Virus record (IMG/VR): IMGVR_UViG_2703719355_000022
Location: 1 to 38,200 of that record
Strand: one strand, 5' to 3'
DNA from: a virus
Taxonomy: Duplodnaviria; Heunggongvirae; Uroviricota; Caudoviricetes
Length of the DNA: 38,200 nt
Shown piece after piece: positions 36,279-38,200 of the stretch (position 1 is its first letter; the number at the start of each line of letters is the position of its first letter). The notes below the pieces were generated by a model. It saw nothing but the letters and a program-made list of their open reading frames with translations, made no database searches and had not been told where the DNA came from. A program made the position numbers and the translations under genes.

Positions 36279-36836
36279 TTACGACACATCAAATTCATCG
36301 TCTTCTTGTTCTTCTTCCGGTTCTTCCTGCTTCACTTCCTCATCTTCTGAGTATTCATCGTAGGCATCAAGATCCGGTGAAATCATAATATCCCCGATCT
36401 CATTCAAACGAGCGGAAATGATATCCTTCAATGTTTCTTTCAAAGTACGCTGATCCGTTGCAGCTTCCATAATTTTTAGAGTGTCTACCGTCGCCATCTG
36501 CATCATGGTCTGGCGTACATCACCACAAAATCCGGCTAGAACTGTTTCTACATAACCTACAGGAATCAGATCATTTAGTTCGGTGCGGTTCTTAAGTTCG
36601 ATGGCGTCCGCCTCCCCTCTCGCCTTTCTTAATCGTTCTTGTTGGATCTGCGCTTGTACATCAACTTCCCTAAGTGGGCTGATTATGTTTTCAATTACCC
36701 AGGTGATTGCTCTATCCCGTGGACAACGGCGGGTATTCGTATTATACGGAAGACCACGATCACGCCATTTCTGAACAGCCGGAAGGGAATACCCATACAT
36801 TTTAGATAATTCGGTTAAAGTTACTTCTTGCGTCAT
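36279..36836 (-). CDS. terminase small subunit, lambda Nu1-like, 185 aa
   Basis: N-terminal TLTELSKMYGYSLPAVQKWRDRGLPY and central ARGEADAIELKNR...YVETVLAGFCGDV match my recollection of lambda Nu1; ATG at 36836 with AGAGGA upstream; acidic C-terminus. Confidence 0.7.
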   Translation of the reverse strand: MTQEVTLTELSKMYGYSLPAVQKWRDRGLPYNTNTRRCPRDRAITWVIENIISPLREVDVQAQIQQERLRKARGEADAIELKNRTELNDLIPVGYVETVLAGFCGDVRQTMMQMATVDTLKIMEAATDQRTLKETLKDIISARLNEIGDIMISPDLDAYDEYSEDEEVKQEEPEEEQEDDEFDVS

Positions 36837-37169
36837 GAAACTATCCTCTGAGCTAAAAATATGCGTAATTGTATTTAGACGAAATACGCAATATAACGGC
36901 CTATAACGCAATTTAAGAAAATCCCATGTGACGGGGCGTTGAGAAGTGATTTAGCTCGTTGTAGGGCTTGTTTGGTGGCTTAACTAAACCAATTTGAAAA
37001 AGGCACAAGCGAGATTTAAACCGCGCCGGGCAAAACACGCCCTCTTTTACCACTTATCACAGCACCTTTCTGTTGTCAAGTCTTTTTTATCGAATATTTT
37101 AAATTTTTTCATCTTTTTTCTCGTGCATTCATCCGTTTTTTTCTCGGTCAAAATCAATGACTTGACCCG

Positions 37170-37197
37170 TTGACACTGATCCGGTCATCAATATAAT
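37170..37197 (+). promoter_or_regulatory. consensus sigma70 promoter (TTGACA-16-TATAAT) upstream of the lipoprotein gene
   Basis: -35 at 37170-37175, -10 at 37192-37197; GGAGG ribosome-binding motif before ATG at 37314. Confidence 0.6.
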
Positions 37198-37313
37198 CGG
37201 TCACACTTTGACCATGTAAGGTGTGTTTCAGATGTGAGGATTAACGATAGATATTTACATAAATAAAGATGTGGTTAATCCATTCATCAATTTAATTCTC
37301 TGGAGGATATTCT

Positions 37314-37886
37314 ATGTTTAAAAAGATTGGTGTTATTGCTGCGGTTGTTCTGTTATCTGGTTGTGCGTCTATGGCTGAACTTGAAAAGCGTAGTGATGGT
37401 CTTTCGGCTTATCCTGGCATCAAGTATGAACAGTTTCAGGGGTATGAGATTGTAAGTAGCTATACAACTACAAAGGCAACTCGCCCATATAACAAACTTA
37501 AAATGCAATCCTGTCTCTATGACACTGTGCGTAATGACATTATGGTGCATACTGACGCATTCAATGAGATTAAAGATTTAGAAACTGGTGGTCGTATTGT
37601 TGAACGCGCCCGTTCTAATAGTGCTATTTTTAGTGGCAACTTCGAGCAAACTATTACCTTGCGTACTATTGTAGGTGACACTCCCTATACTCAATATGTG
37701 AAGTATAAAGGTATTGCTTTACCGTCCGGTGATAAGACACAGTTCACATTTACCGGATTGAGTGTTAAGCCTAAATCTGGTGGCGAGCATCCACTATGGT
37801 CACGTAAAACAAATAGCCCAGAAGAAAGTATTAAAGAACTTGATAAGCTGGCGGATGAGATTGCCGATTGTCTTAATGATGAATAA
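37314..37886 (+). CDS. lipoprotein (signal peptide with lipobox LLSGC), 190 aa
   Basis: N-terminus MFKKIGVIAAVVLLSGCAS: basic n-region, hydrophobic core, lipobox Cys; no Asp at +2; own promoter and terminator. Confidence 0.7.
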   Translation: MFKKIGVIAAVVLLSGCASMAELEKRSDGLSAYPGIKYEQFQGYEIVSSYTTTKATRPYNKLKMQSCLYDTVRNDIMVHTDAFNEIKDLETGGRIVERARSNSAIFSGNFEQTITLRTIVGDTPYTQYVKYKGIALPSGDKTQFTFTGLSVKPKSGGEHPLWSRKTNSPEESIKELDKLADEIADCLNDE

Positions 37887-37903
37887 AGAATAACTGATTA
37901 TAT

Positions 37904-37929
37904 AGCCTCGCTAAATGCGGGGCTTTTTT
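37904..37929 (+). terminator. rho-independent terminator after the lipoprotein gene
   Basis: AGCCTCGC-TAAAT-GCGGGGCT hairpin followed by TTTTTT. Confidence 0.6.
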
Positions 37930-37969
37930 GTGTCTAAATACCATCAAGTTAATTGATGAGGAACACGAC

Positions 37970-38200
37970 ATGACCAAAGAAGAATTTTTGAAGCTGTCCG
38001 TTAAAGAGCAGAAGTCACTGGTTAACACCATGCTTAGTGAGCGTGGCTGGAAGCTGGTTGAAACAGAAGAGTATGGAACTGATTGGCATCAACGGATCAT
38101 GATCATCAATACTGGTGGTGATGAATGGCGTGATTGGTGTCTTCGTACTGTTACCCCGCTTTCCCTTGTTACTGGCGTTGGCTTTCTGGAAAGAGAGTAA
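37970..38200 (+). CDS. hypothetical small protein, 76 aa
   Basis: ATG at 37970 with GAGGAA upstream; stop TAA at the last three bases of the window. Confidence 0.4.
   Translation: MTKEEFLKLSVKEQKSLVNTMLSERGWKLVETEEYGTDWHQRIMIINTGGDEWRDWCLRTVTPLSLVTGVGFLERE

Overview
This window reads as most of a tailed-phage genome with a long non-contractile tail (siphovirus-like), probably infecting an enteric Gram-negative host (AGGAG/GGGGG ribosome-binding sites). A plus-strand block at 235-4709 carries unknown small genes, a large serine recombinase and a T4 UvsW-like helicase. It converges at a bidirectional terminator (~4720) onto a long minus-strand late operon (28266 down to 4742): lambda gpA-type large terminase, portal, a prohead-protease/acidic-linker/HK97-fold capsid fusion, head-tail genes, a 1203-aa tail fiber with C-terminal intramolecular chaperone, tail tube candidate, chaperones, tape measure, lambda M/L/K-like genes, a lambda J-like tip protein and a lysis region. 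From 28.3 kb onward is an early/accessory region: DNA-binding proteins, a Rha-family regulator, a 1.3-kb repeat-dense non-coding hub, unknown early genes, an isolated Nu1-like small terminase and a lipoprotein moron. The most notable observation is that both the capsid and tail-tube genes end in TGA followed by an in-frame, stop-free 44- and 39-codon extension sharing a conserved 23-nt block, suggesting programmed stop-codon readthrough. All homology calls are from motif recognition by eye, not database searches.
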